DNA of 35,710 bases from Octopus bimaculoides. Taxonomy: Eukaryota. Made by a program: the position numbers and the translations under genes. Positions 10,791 through 22,440 of this stretch are shown here, piece after piece (position 1 is the stretch's first letter; every line of letters begins with the position of its first letter). The stretch lies in assembly GCF_001194135.2 (NCBI RefSeq), contig NC_069003.1, positions 13,036,110 through 13,071,819 on the forward strand, read 5' to 3'. Below the pieces are notes generated by a model. That model made no database searches. It saw only the letters and a list, made by a program, of their open reading frames with translations, and had not been told where the DNA came from.

Positions 10791-12460
10791 ATATTTGGAC
10801 CAAGTCTTTGATAACACAGGTGAGGTGAAAGAAGTGGGGACAACATTGAATACCTGAATTATTTTCCANNNNNNNNNNNNNNNNNNNNNNNNNNNNNNNN
10901 NNNNNNNNNNNNNNNNNNNNNNNNNNNNNNNNNNNNNNNNNNNNNNNNNNNNNNNNNNNNNNNNNNNNNNNNNNNNNNNNNNNNNNNNNNNNNNNNNNNN
11001 NNNNNNNNNNNNNNNNNNNNNNNNNNNNNNNNNNNNNNNNNNNNNNNNNNNNNNNNNNNNNNNNNNNNNNNNNNNNNNNNNNNNNNNNNNNNNNNNNNNN
11101 NNNNNNNNNNNNNNNNNNNNNNNNNNNNNNNNNNNNNNNNNNNNNNNNNNNNNNNNNNNNNNNNNNNNNNNNNNNNNNNNNNNNNNNNNNNNNNNNNNNN
11201 NNNNNNNNNNNNNNNNNNNNNNNNNNNNNNNNNNNNNNNNNNNNNNNNNNNNNNNNNNNNNNNNNNNNNNNNNNNNNNNNNNNNNNNNNNNNNNNNNNNN
11301 NNNNNNNNNNNNNNNNNNNNNNNNNNNNNNNNNNNNNNNNNNNNNNNNNNNNNNNNNNNNNNNNNNNNNNNNNNNNNNNNNNNNNNNNNNNNNNNNNNNN
11401 NNNNNNNNNNNNNNNNNNNNNNNNNNNNNNNNNNNNNNNNNNNNNNNNNNNNNNNNNNNNNNNNNNNNNNNNNNNNNNNNNNNNNNNNNNNNNNNNNNNN
11501 NNNNNNNNNNNNNNNNNNNNNNNNNNNNNNNNNNNNNNNNNNNNNNNNNNNNNNNNNNNNNNNNNNNNNNNNNNNNNNNNNNNNNNNNNNNNNNNNNNNN
11601 NNNNNNNNNNNNNNNNNNNNNNNNNNNNNNNNNNNNNNNNNNNNNNNNNNNNNNNNNNNNNNNNNNNNNNNNNNNNNNNNNNNNNNNNNNNNNNNNNNNN
11701 NNNNNNNNNNNNNNNNNNNNNNNNNNNNNNNNNNNNNNNNNNNNNNNNNNNNNNNNNNNNNNNNNNNNNNNNNNNNNNNNNNNNNNNNNNNNNNNNNNNN
11801 NNNNNNNNNNNNNAATAAAAGCCACAATCCAGTGGTGTGATGTTGTGATCGTGGTGAGTAGTGATACCATGCTGGTGGTGTTGATGTGGGGGAGGATGAT
11901 ATTAGCAGCAGTGTTTGGGGAGGGGACGTTGATGAAGATACACTATCTGGCACTCCACTGGTTATGACGATGAGGTTTCCATTTGATCCGATCAACGGAA
12001 CAGCTTGCTCATGAAATTAATAACACTCCACAGACACGTGTACCCTTATTGTAATTCTCAGGGAGATTCAGTGTGACACAGAATGTGACGAGGCTGGCCC
12101 TTTGAATTACTGGTACAGCTCATTCTTGCCAGCTCAGTGGACTGGAGCAACGTGAAATAAAGTGTCTTGCTTAAGGATGCAAGCACCACCTGGAATTGAA
12201 CTCACAACCTTACAATCATGAGCTAAACACCCTAACCATTAAGCCACATGCCTTCACGAAAACAACAAATATTGCTTTATATGGTTGTCCAAATGACGGA
12301 AAATAGCATTGAAATCTTCCTCAAATCACACCCATCCAGCTTAAAAGCAAAATTTTACCAGGGGCCCTTCAAATTCTATTGTGGATCCCTAATTTACTAT
12401 TTTATTACATGGACCCCTCAAAATCTTATATGGACCCTGAGGGGTCCATATTATCTACAC

Positions 12461-12712
12461 CAGGGGTTTTCAAACTTTTTGACTTGCGGACCCCTTTATA
12501 TTTCAGGCTTTACCTTAGGGACCCCCTTATAAACGCTTATGAAATTTATACATAAATATTTGCTTAAAATAACATATTTTTACATTTATTTATTTAACAG
12601 TATTTACCAAATAGGTTTATTGTCAATTAAAAGATTTCAATTAAAAAACATATATAAAATCAAATTGCCCATAAAAAGTATTTGCTGTCCACGGACCCCC
12701 TGTCTTGTCCTG
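12461..12712. mobile_element. hAT-type MITE with a perfect 8-bp target-site duplication
   Basis: atctacac at 12453-12460 and 12713-12720. Starts caggggttttcaaac; right TIR degenerate. Confidence 0.7.
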
Positions 12713-14585
12713 ATCTACACCCAGTGGTGTAACTAATAAACAAGGTCCAAAAATTAGACAGAAAAGTCATGGTTGTGATGTCTCTGAGCTGGGGCTCAGC
12801 AACCACCTCATCCTCCCATCCACAAAATCTGAAATCTCTGAGAAAATATGACTTAAACCGGATGTTTCTATGTATTAGGATTACGCTACTACCCTAACAT
12901 TTCCACCCCCCACATACTATCACCAAAACCACAACACCATCATCACTAAACCACTACCTATGTTGTTGCCTATGCTGCATATCACGTCATTAATGCCCCT
13001 ACACCAGCAGCAGCAACAACACTGTAGACACTACCACCACAGCAACAGTACCCACCACCACCACTAGTGAAACAACTGCTCATGCTACAACCACAACAAA
13101 ATCCATGCCACTACCACTGTAGGACTGTCTCTGCCACTGTTACCACTAATACTATTACAGCAACAAATCTCTCATCAGCAACACTACTAGCATTACTACA
13201 ACCACAACCACCACTATTAGCATCGGTGCCACCACCAATATTCCTACTACCACTAGCACACAACCACCACTACTATTACCATCACCATCCCCATTATATA
13301 AAACTCCCCCCACATCACCGTGACAACCTACACTCCAACTACTACGACCGCTACCCTTACCATCACCATTTTAAACAACAACAGCACCACCAACGCTAGA
13401 ACAGTAAACACCACCAACAGCCTTTCCCACCACCACCACAACAACCATTCCCACCTCAACCACCAACTTCTTCAATAACAACTGTTTCCGTCCGTTTGGG
13501 GTCACGTTCGACAGACCCATTTCCCTGGAATAAGGAATGAACTCTTCAACAAGTTCTTCATCACCTCGTTCCATACTTAAACCTTCTAAATAAATTTTCT
13601 CCAAATCCCAATATTTTTAAGTTTGTTTACTTTGTTATTGTGGTGGTGGTTGTTGTTGTTGCTGTTAAAGTGGCAGCATTTGTTGTTGTTGTTGTTGTTG
13701 TTGTTATCTGAAATTTTAAATTACTTCACTTCCTTTCTAAATTCTACAAGATGAAATCTCGTTTAATATCGAATGTTCGTTTTGCTCTTATTTAAGTTCT
13801 AACTTCTTTTTCCACCAAAGGAGAGAGAGAGAGAGAGTGATTGGGAGGGAGAAGAACTATTAATTTAATTTCTCTGCTAATTTTCAACTTTCTGATGTTA
13901 AAAGCAGGAAAAAATAAAATAATTTTTTCAAAAAAAGGCCGAAAACAAACGTTTAAGGAAATCACCAGTTAACAAAAACAAAAAAAAGTTCGTGTAGTAA
14001 GGGAGGTAACTCTAGATATCTGCTGATAAGAGTATTTCACAGAAAATTTAATTATGTTCCCTAAACTAAATTGTATTTTTAAACATTAAAAAAATATATA
14101 AATAAACAGAATTAATAAATAAACGATAAATTTCATTTAAATTGCTTTTAATTAGATATTACAATTTTTATTTCTTTTTTTCTTTGTTGGTTTGTCGTTT
14201 TTTTTCTTCAAATATATTAAGAACATGGATGAACTACAGAGGGGAGAAAAAAGACAAACAAAATTGGAGTTTGTTTGGTGTATCGTAGCAAGAAGAAGAA
14301 AAATTATCTGCTGTTTCAGGCAGAGCCCTTCATTTGAACACACAACAATTGTTTTGAATTTCACTGACTTGACTTTTTACACACAAACACAGATCACAAT
14401 TGCAGTGTTTTTGTAAATCTAAGCGAGCACATTTTACTTCAAAGTGAGAATAACAACTTCTAAGTGAGCATGTGGTACATCAAAGTGAGATTAACAATTT
14501 CAAAGTGAGTATCATCTTTGTACTGCACCTGAGCACTATATACTTAATGATTATTATTATTATTATCATTATTATTATTATTATT

Positions 14586-16760
14586 AAGGTGGCAAACTGG
14601 CAGAATCATTAACATGCCGGGTTAAATGCTTAGCAGCATTTTATCCATCTTCATGTTCTGAGTTCAAATTCCACTGAGGTCGACTTTGCCTTTCATCCTT
14701 TTGGGGTCGATAAAATAAGTAGCAGTTGCGTGCTGGGGTCGATGTAATCAACTTACCCCTTTCCCTGAAATTGCTGGCCTTGTGCCAAAATTTGAAACTA
14801 ATACTATTATTATTTAAGGCAACGAGCTGGTAGAATCATTAGCACACTCGGCAAAATGCTTTGCAGCATTTCTTCTTCCAACTTTACATTCTGAGTTCAA
14901 ATTCTGCCAAGGCCAGTTTTGCTCTTCATCCTTTCAGGGGTCAATAAAATAAGTACCAGTTGAGTACTGGGGTCAATCTAATTAACCAAAAAAATGTTCA
15001 GGCCTTGTACCTCTAGTGGGAAGTATTATTATGAAGGTAGTGATCTGGTAGAATCATTAACAAGCCAGACAAAATGCTTAGTGGCTTTACATCTATCTTT
15101 ACATTCTGAGTTCAAATTCCACTGAAGTCAACTTTACCTTCTATCTTCTCAGGATCAATAAAATAGGTAACAACCAAGCACTGGAGGCAATGTAATTGAC
15201 AAGCCTTCTCCCCTAAAATTTCAGGCCTTCTAGAAAGAATCATTATCATTATTATTATTATTACAGGGTGCATAAGGTATTTGAGGACATACCTTTTTGG
15301 GGGTCAATGCTGCATTTTTTGCTAACTCTGTATAATCTTTGTTTCAGAAAATAATAATGGCAGACTCTCAGCTTAATCAAGAAATGAAGAGGCATGCTAT
15401 TATTGTGGTTATAAAGGCTGAGCATAATGATTTAGAAATATCTTGATTTTTAAAAGTTGCCAGATCTTTCATCTACAAAGTTTGTAAGGAGTTAGAGACT
15501 GAAGATGGAAACATATTGCCAGTATCAAAACATAACAAGCCTTCTAAATGCTCTGAAATCATCAGAACACCTGAATTTATCCAGGATGCTCAACAGATCA
15601 TTGATTACAATCCCAGAAAGTCCATGAATTTAATTGCAAAAGATCTCCATGTGTCATAAGGAACAGTCAGAAATGTTGTCCACGAAGACATCAGATATAA
15701 GTCTTATATGATGAGGAAAGGTCAATTTGTCAGAAAAAGCAAAAGAAAATCACTACATCAGATCTGAAAGGTTCTTAAATAAACTGAAAAATCCAGCAGA
15801 AGATTTGATTTGGTTTTTCTCAGATAACTCTGCTGCCTACATTGCTACACAAAGGTCCTGGAAACAATTGTTAAGCCCTGGATAGACAGTGTATGCAATG
15901 GAAGGCCATATGTGTTTCAGTAAGACTCTGTACTATCACACATGGCTCTGGTAACACAGGAATGGCTGGCTGAAAAATTTCATGATCACATAACCCCTAA
16001 CATTTGGCCTCCTAATTCCCCAGATCCCAATCCATCAGACTATTACATGTGGAGCGTTGTTGAGAGAGAGGTCAATGAACATGCCCATAACACCAAAGAT
16101 TCTTTGAAAGCTGCCATAGTCAGAGTAATGTCCAAAATGAACCAAGACCACTTGATTCGAGCATGTAGATGATTTGGATCTCATATAGAAGCAGTTGTTG
16201 AAGCTGAAGGTGGCTTTATTGAATAACATTAGAGAAAAGAAGGTTTATAGCATTTTTTGACAAATAAAGTTATTATCTGTTATTATATATCTGCTTTTTA
16301 TAAACATAAATTTGTCCTCAAATACCTTACGCACCCTGTATTATTATTAAGGTGGTGAGATGGCAGAATCGTTAGCATGCTGGATGAAATGCTTAGCGGT
16401 ATTTCATCAGTCGCTACATTCTGTGTTCAAATTCTTCCAAGGTTGACTTTGTCTTTCATCCTTTCAAGATCGATAAAATAAGTACCAGTTGAACACTGGG
16501 GTCGATGTAATTGACTTATCTCCTCCGCCAAAATGGCTGCCCTTGTGGAAAAATTTGAAACCATTATTATTATAATTAAGGTGACAAGCTGGTAGAGTCA
16601 TTGGTATGTCAGACAAACTGCTTAGTGGCATTTCTTCCAGCTCTCCACATTCAAATTTCACCAACATAAACTTTGCTTTTCATACCTTCATGGTTGATAA
16701 AGTACCAGTCAAGGACTGGGTCAATGTAATCAACTCGCCCCTTCCCCTCAAAAGTGCTAA
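14586..16760 (+). mobile_element. Head-to-tail array of five ~210-bp SINE family B copies separated by (ATT)n, interrupted by a DNA transposon
   Basis: Copies start at 14586, 14816, 15034, 16349 and 16578. Each reads aagg...ctggcagaatc...ttctgagttcaaattc...gtcgactttgcctttcatcc... Confidence 0.85.
15264..16338 (+). mobile_element. DD37D (maT-type) Tc1/mariner transposon, internally deleted; transposase pseudogene 15357-16226
   Basis: TIRs CAGGGTGCATAAGGTATTTGAGGACA and reverse complement CAGGGTGCGTAAGGTATTTGAGGACA with TA on both sides. D codons at 15924 and 16038 are separated by 37 codons. WPPNSPDPNPSDYYMW motif present, with several in-frame stops. Confidence 0.92.
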
Positions 16761-16894
16761 CCTGGAAGCCTACAATGCACCAGCATCTTGTTCAGATGCT
16801 ATGTTGTCATATGCATGGGAAAGACAGAATTTATTGGGGTAAATTTTCTACAGTGAGATGCCCTTCCTGTCACCAACTCCCACCAGTTTCCAAG

Positions 16895-17062
16895 TATTTT
16901 TACTTGTTTCAATCATTGGGTAGTGGCCATGTTGGAGCAAAGCCTTGAACAATTCTTTTTTTAAGCCATCTGGTACTTATTCTATTGGTCTCTTTTTCAC
17001 TAAACCACTAAGTTACAGGGACGTAAGCACACCAACACTGGTTGTCAAACACAGACACAAAG

Positions 17063-17101
<39 letters not shown>

Positions 17102-17245
17102 GGGCTTCTTTTAGTTTCCCCTCTACCAAATCCATTCAGAAAGCTTTGGTCAACCTAATGCTATAGTAAAAGACACTTGCTTGAGGTGCTATGCAGTGGA
17201 ATTGAACCCAGGACCATGAGGTTGGGAAGCAAACTTCTTACCACA
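16895..17245 (-). mobile_element. SINE-like family A copy
   Basis: Same head/CA/tail layout as the other family A copies. Confidence 0.75.
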
Positions 17246-17395
17246 CTATTTCCCCATGACCAAACATGTTTTCATGGAAGAATGGAAACATAGAATACCA
17301 TTTGCATGATGGTGACCATTTTATAACTATCATGCGATATAAAGGCAAGGAAACAGTAACACACCCCTCACATACACACACCTCACATATATACA

Positions 17396-17722
17396 CAAGG
17401 GGGTGCTGAAAAGTTCCTGGCTTTAAAGGTGTCACGAAAGGCCTGGGTGGGGTACCAACGTTCCGAGTTCTTTTACAAGGCTTGGAAAAACTGAAGTACC
17501 ATTGCAATAAGTGTGTGAATATGATTGGGGAATACGTTGAATAAAATCATAATTAACTGATCCTCCTGTATTTTCTTTTGCCCAAAACCAGGAACTTTTC
17601 AGTACCCCCCTCTCTCTCTCACTCACTCATTCACTCNNNNNNNNNNNNNNNNNNNNNNNNNNNNNNNNNNNNNNNNNNNNNNNNNNNNNNNNNNNNNNNN
17701 NNNNNNNNNNNNNNNNNNNNNN

Positions 17723-17760
<38 letters not shown>

Positions 17761-17793
17761 TGCATCATTCAAGAACTTTTCAGTACCCCCTCA
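17396..17793. mobile_element. Mariner-type MITE; right TIR seen twice across an N gap
   Basis: Left caagggggtgctgaaaagttcctgg; right ccaggaacttttcagtaccccc near 17587-17610 and again at 17770-17793 followed by TA. Confidence 0.75.
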
Positions 17794-17800
17794 TATGTAC

Positions 17801-17833
<33 letters not shown>

Positions 17834-17844
17834 TATATACTCTT

Positions 17845-18250
17845 TTACTCTTTTACTCTTTTACTTGTTTCAGTCTTTTGACTGTGGCCATGCTGGAGCA
17901 CCGCCTTTTAGTCGAGCAAATCGACCCCAGGACTTATTCTTTAGAAGCCTAGTACTTATTCTATCGGTCTCTTTTGCCGAACCGCTAAGTTACGGGGACA
18001 TAAATACACCAGCATCGGTTGTCAAGCGATGTTGGGGGGACAAACACACACATACAAACATACACACACACATACATATATATATACATATATACGACGG
18101 GTTTCTTTCAGTTTCCGTCTACCAAATCCACTCACAAGGCTTTGGTCGGCCCGAGGCTATAGTAGAAAACACTTGCCCAAGATGCCGCGCAGTGGGACTG
18201 AACCCGGGACCATGTGGTTGGTAAGCTAGCTACTTACCACACAGCCACTC
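17845..18250 (-). mobile_element. SINE-like family A copy, full length and CpG-rich (apparently young)
   Basis: Retains CpGs (cgaacc, gacggg, cggccc) that are decayed in sibling copies. A head-only copy follows at 18255-18425. Confidence 0.8.
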
Positions 18251-19460
18251 CTACGACAGGATTCTTTCAGTTTCCATCCACCAAATCTGCTCACATAGCT
18301 TTGGTCAATCCAAAGCAATAGTAAAAGACACATGCCCAAGGTATCATGCAGTGGGTTTGAACTCAGATCCACATGGTTGGAGCACAGGTCTATGTGGAGC
18401 AAACTTCTAACCACACAGCCACACTTGAACCTACACAAAAGTAGAGATCAACATGAGGTTAGTAGCATTCCAAGATGAAATTGCCAGTTGGTATTTAACA
18501 ACTGTGGAAGCAATACTCCTTTCTGAGACTCACTTGGTTGAGCATACTTGCAAGAAAAAAAAAACGGCACTCCAGTAATGACCATCCCATCTCTTTTAAA
18601 GATATAGCTTCTTTAGAACTACATTTATGACAGTGGGGTGTAATTTGAAGGAGACTTGGCCATTATTTCTTGCAGGTCAGTGACCATGTAACAGTTCTCT
18701 CATTGACTCAGTTTTAATCGATGTTGAATGGACGAGCAATTTGTCGATATCGATCGGACAAACAACAAACGGTTTGTGAATGCTGACCGGGAGAGACGCT
18801 TGTGCAACAGTCACATGTACAGCAACAAGCACAGGGCCTTGAGAAGATCTGCTTCACAGTTCAGCTTTTATCCAGGCATTAATCTTTCTAAACTGGTTGA
18901 TGATGGACAACAATAGCATCGACGACAACAACAACAAGAATAACACACATTTGTCAAAATATGGGTTAATATATTCATTGTTGAATAACATTGGCTGTAT
19001 GTAAGAAAGGGTTAGATATGTCATTATATTGGAGACATTCAGGATAGAACATTCTGGAAAATGTGCGAAAAATGGTGTCAGGTTGAGGTGACGGTGGTGG
19101 TGTGGGAGAGGGGTGATGGGGGAGAAGGAGGCAAACACAATAGTGACAGCATGTGTGTGCATGTGCACGTTCATGTTTTGTTAGGGGTATTGTGTGTGTG
19201 TGTATGTGTGTGCATGTTAGTGTATGGTGTGTATGCAAGTGTATATTGTTATGTGCATGTGTCTGTATTTTTGTGTTTAATATTACATACTTTTACAAGT
19301 GTGTATGTGACTGTGTTTCTATACATAACTGTAAATATATAACACTAAATACACACAACACACGTGTGTGTGTGTGTATATATGTATGTGTGTGTGTGCA
19401 TATATATATATATATATATATACATATATATACACACACACTTAGGTATAAGTATGTGTA

Positions 19461-19501
<41 letters not shown>

Positions 19502-19514
19502 NNNNNNNNNNNNN

Positions 19515-19578
<64 letters not shown>

Positions 19579-20264
19579 TACTTAGGTATAAGTATATATG
19601 TATACACATGCATAATTCATTCATATTTTATTCATAAGCAAACGTATAGTAGTGTATATATATGTTTGTGTGTTTGTAGAGGAAGAAATAATTCCCAGTC
19701 CACACTAATATACAGCAGAGCCAATAACAAAAGCAACACCAACAACAACATCAATCAATAAACAAAAATTGTAATATTCTGTTTGTATTACCAATGTTTA
19801 ATTATTCATCATCACCACCACCACACCCACCACCATAATCATCACTACCATCGCCACTACCACCGCAACTACTACCACCACAGCCACCACCATCATCATC
19901 AATTGTACTGCCACCACAACTACCAGCAGCACCATGACCACCACCACTACCATCACTGCTATCATCATGATCTTTGCCACCAACCACAATTAACATCACC
20001 ACCACCAACTTCTACCCCTACAACACCTGACATGCCACTACCAATCCAACTACTGTCGTTATCACTTTCATCACCAACGCCACCACCATTGCCACCACTA
20101 CCATCACCACCCCTATCATCACCACCAACACCCATTCCCTTCCATTCCGGTGGAGGGGGGAGCTTCTCTATGATCGTTTGTTTGACCTGCTAGTAACACT
20201 CGAATTTCATTGAAACCACACTTTGAAGGACACAATAGATAATGCAGTGAAAAAGAGAATACTG

Positions 20265-21285
20265 CAGTTGGCATTAGGTGACCTGGAGAAAGCCTTTGAA
20301 AGGATCCCTGGCTCCCTCATCTGGTGGTCCATGTGGAAGCTAGGGACAGATGAGTGGTTGATGGGAGCTGTCTAAGCTATGTACAGGGATGCTGTAAGGT
20401 AAAAGTCAGCAACAAATATAGCAATGAATTTTGTATGGATCAGCTCTCAGCCACCCACCTCTGGTTTATCATAGTCCTCCAGGCCATAACAGAGGAATGT
20501 AGTAAGACTGGTTGCCCATGGGAGCTCCTCTAAGCCAATAACCTTCTTCTTATAGCTGAATCACTACTAGAACTAGAGAAGAAATTTCAGGTGTGAAAGC
20601 AAGGCCTGGAATCAAAGAAAGAGCCTTAGAGTTAACTTAGAAAAAAGACCACAGAACTAGTAAGCGAGAAAGCAGAAAAATTACTAATCACTTCAGAGAA
20701 ATTGGCCTGTTTGATGTGCAGAAAAGGTGCAGTTAGAAATTCAATTACAATGTATCCAGCTCTGAACACATAAGAAGTGCAGTGGAATCACAACAAAGTT
20801 CACAAAGTAGTCTTTGTGTGTGGGACACGTGCATTAAACATTAAACATTAAGAAATAGATTTCCTCAAAAGTCCAGGTGGGAGGGGGTCCTTAGAAGTAG
20901 TAGGTAGTTTCTGTTACCTAGGTGACCAAATTAGCAGCAGTGGAGGTGGCTCTGAAAGTGTAATTGCTAGAATAAGAACTGGCTGGGGAATGTTCAAAAA
21001 GCTATTACCTTTGTTGGTAACAAAGGGCCTCTTCCTCAGAATGAAAGGCAGATTGTATGATGCCTGTGAATGAACAGCTATGCTGCATGGCAGTGAAACA
21101 TAGGCTGTGACTAGTGAGGACATAAGAAAGCCTGAAAGAAATGAAGCCAGTAAGAGGCATCAGATGTAGTGTCATGTGATGCATATGGATGAAGACAGCT
21201 GCATAAAGAAGTATCAATCTCTAAATATGGAGGGAACCTGTAAAAGAGGAAGATCCAGGAAGACATGGGAATGACCTTGAGGATG
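20265..21285 (+). mobile_element. RTE-clade LINE reverse transcriptase fragment (pseudogene)
   Basis: DLEKAFERIPGSLIWWSMWKLG...AMYRDA, GSALS, GCPWELL*ANN (degenerate YADD) and LEVVGSFCYLGDQIS...ARIRTGWGMFKKLLPLLVTKG...KGRLYDAC. Confidence 0.88.
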
Positions 21286-21414
21286 ATGATGATGGAAAGG
21301 GGTATCATTTAGCACCAAACTTTAATGAATGGGCAAAAAAACAAGACTGACCAGAAACATGATTTTAATGAAAGTGAGAATTGGTTATTGAGGAATCACA
21401 GGATTTGTATAGGG

Positions 21415-21730
21415 AAAGACAGACAGACAGGTGTCAAGAATGGATGGAGGGATGGAGAGTGAGACAGACAGATACATACATAGATACAGAGAGACAGGCA
21501 GACACAGATAGAAAGACAAACAGCCATAGAAAGATAGATGGATAGGTAGATAGATGGCTAGGTAGATAGATGGATGGATAGTCACCCAGACAAACAAATA
21601 GCTAAACAGAGAGACAGGTATATAGGCAGAGAGACAGATATATAGGCAGAGAGAGAGACAGACAGACTGACAGGCAAGCAGCCAAACATGGACTGAGAGG
21701 CAGACAAACAGACAGACAGACAGACTGCTT
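21415..21730. repeat. (AGAC/AGAT)n compound microsatellite just downstream of the HINT3 exon 2 donor
   Basis: Direct reading; explains the CLSV-rich tail of ORF 21385-21897. Confidence 0.9.
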
Positions 21731-21743
21731 AAATGTAACTTAC

Positions 21744-21861
21744 CAAGTCCAATATTCTCACTTGTTAGGTGTTTTGCATCTCGTATATGTTGTTTTGGGG
21801 TAACAAGATAATGGTGACTACTCACTGGTCGAATATCTGGGAATACGACGACATCAGTGTC
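21744..21861 (-). CDS. HINT3: HINT3 internal coding exon (likely exon 2), 118 bp, phase 0 to phase 1
   Basis: Encodes DTDVVVFPDIRPVSSHHYLVTPKQHIRDAKHLTSENIGL, matching the HIT-family D-I-x-P...H-Y-L-V-x-P-K-x-H-I segment. Acceptor ttcttctctctcgacag; donor G|gtaagt. Confidence 0.93.
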
Positions 21862-22017
21862 CTGTCGAGAGAGAAGAACAACATTAATGTCTTGCAAGTG
21901 ACTGCAACATCAGTTACATCAATACATCATCATCAAAGATGATATTAGCTCTGCTAGTGACAAGAGCAGCCATCGCTAACACTCTGAACACAGAAAGCAG
22001 GTATAACCTCTTTACCT

Positions 22018-22221
22018 TTCCCTTGTTTCAGTCATTAGACTGTGGCCATGCTGGGGCACTACCTCGAAAAATTTTTAGTCGAATGAACTGACCCCAGTAC
22101 TTATTTTTTTAAAGCCTGATACATGTTCTATCAGTCTCTTTTTGCCAAACCACTAAGTTATGGAGATGTAAACACACCAGAACTTGTTGACAAGTTGTGG
22201 TGGAAGACAAACATAGACACA

Positions 22222-22264
<43 letters not shown>

Positions 22265-22440
22265 CATATATATATATATATATACATACATATATATATA
22301 CATACAATGGGCTTTCTTCAGTTTTCATCTTCCAAATCCACTCACAAAGCTTTGGTCAACCCAAGGTACCACACAGTGGCATTGAACCTAGAACCATGTA
22401 GTTGGGAAACAAGCTTCTTACCACACAGTCACGCCTATGC
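22018..22440 (-). mobile_element. SINE-like family A copy
   Basis: Head, TA tract and tail as in the other copies. Confidence 0.75.

Noticed and set aside
10854-10868. Minus-strand donor CAG|gtattc next to a gap as the end of the missing HINT3 exon
   Set aside because: The required phase-2 frame contains TAA.
14435-14512. Four ttcaaagtgag repeats with ~10-nt variable spacers, superficially CRISPR-like
   Set aside because: Repeats and spacers are far too short, the context is animal DNA with no cas genes, and it fits a degenerate ~21-bp minisatellite.
19153-19761. YI/HT/VC-rich ORFs here and at 7290-7822, 25006-27671 and 33090-33492
   Set aside because: Translations of (TA)n/(CA)n microsatellites.
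19783-20193. 136-aa His-rich ORF
   Set aside because: TTG start, no ATG or acceptor at the 5' end; degenerate CAC/CAT low-complexity DNA.
21385-21897. 170-aa ORF as a complete single-exon protein
   Set aside because: Only 21861-21744 is exonic; the rest is read-through into the intronic microsatellite.
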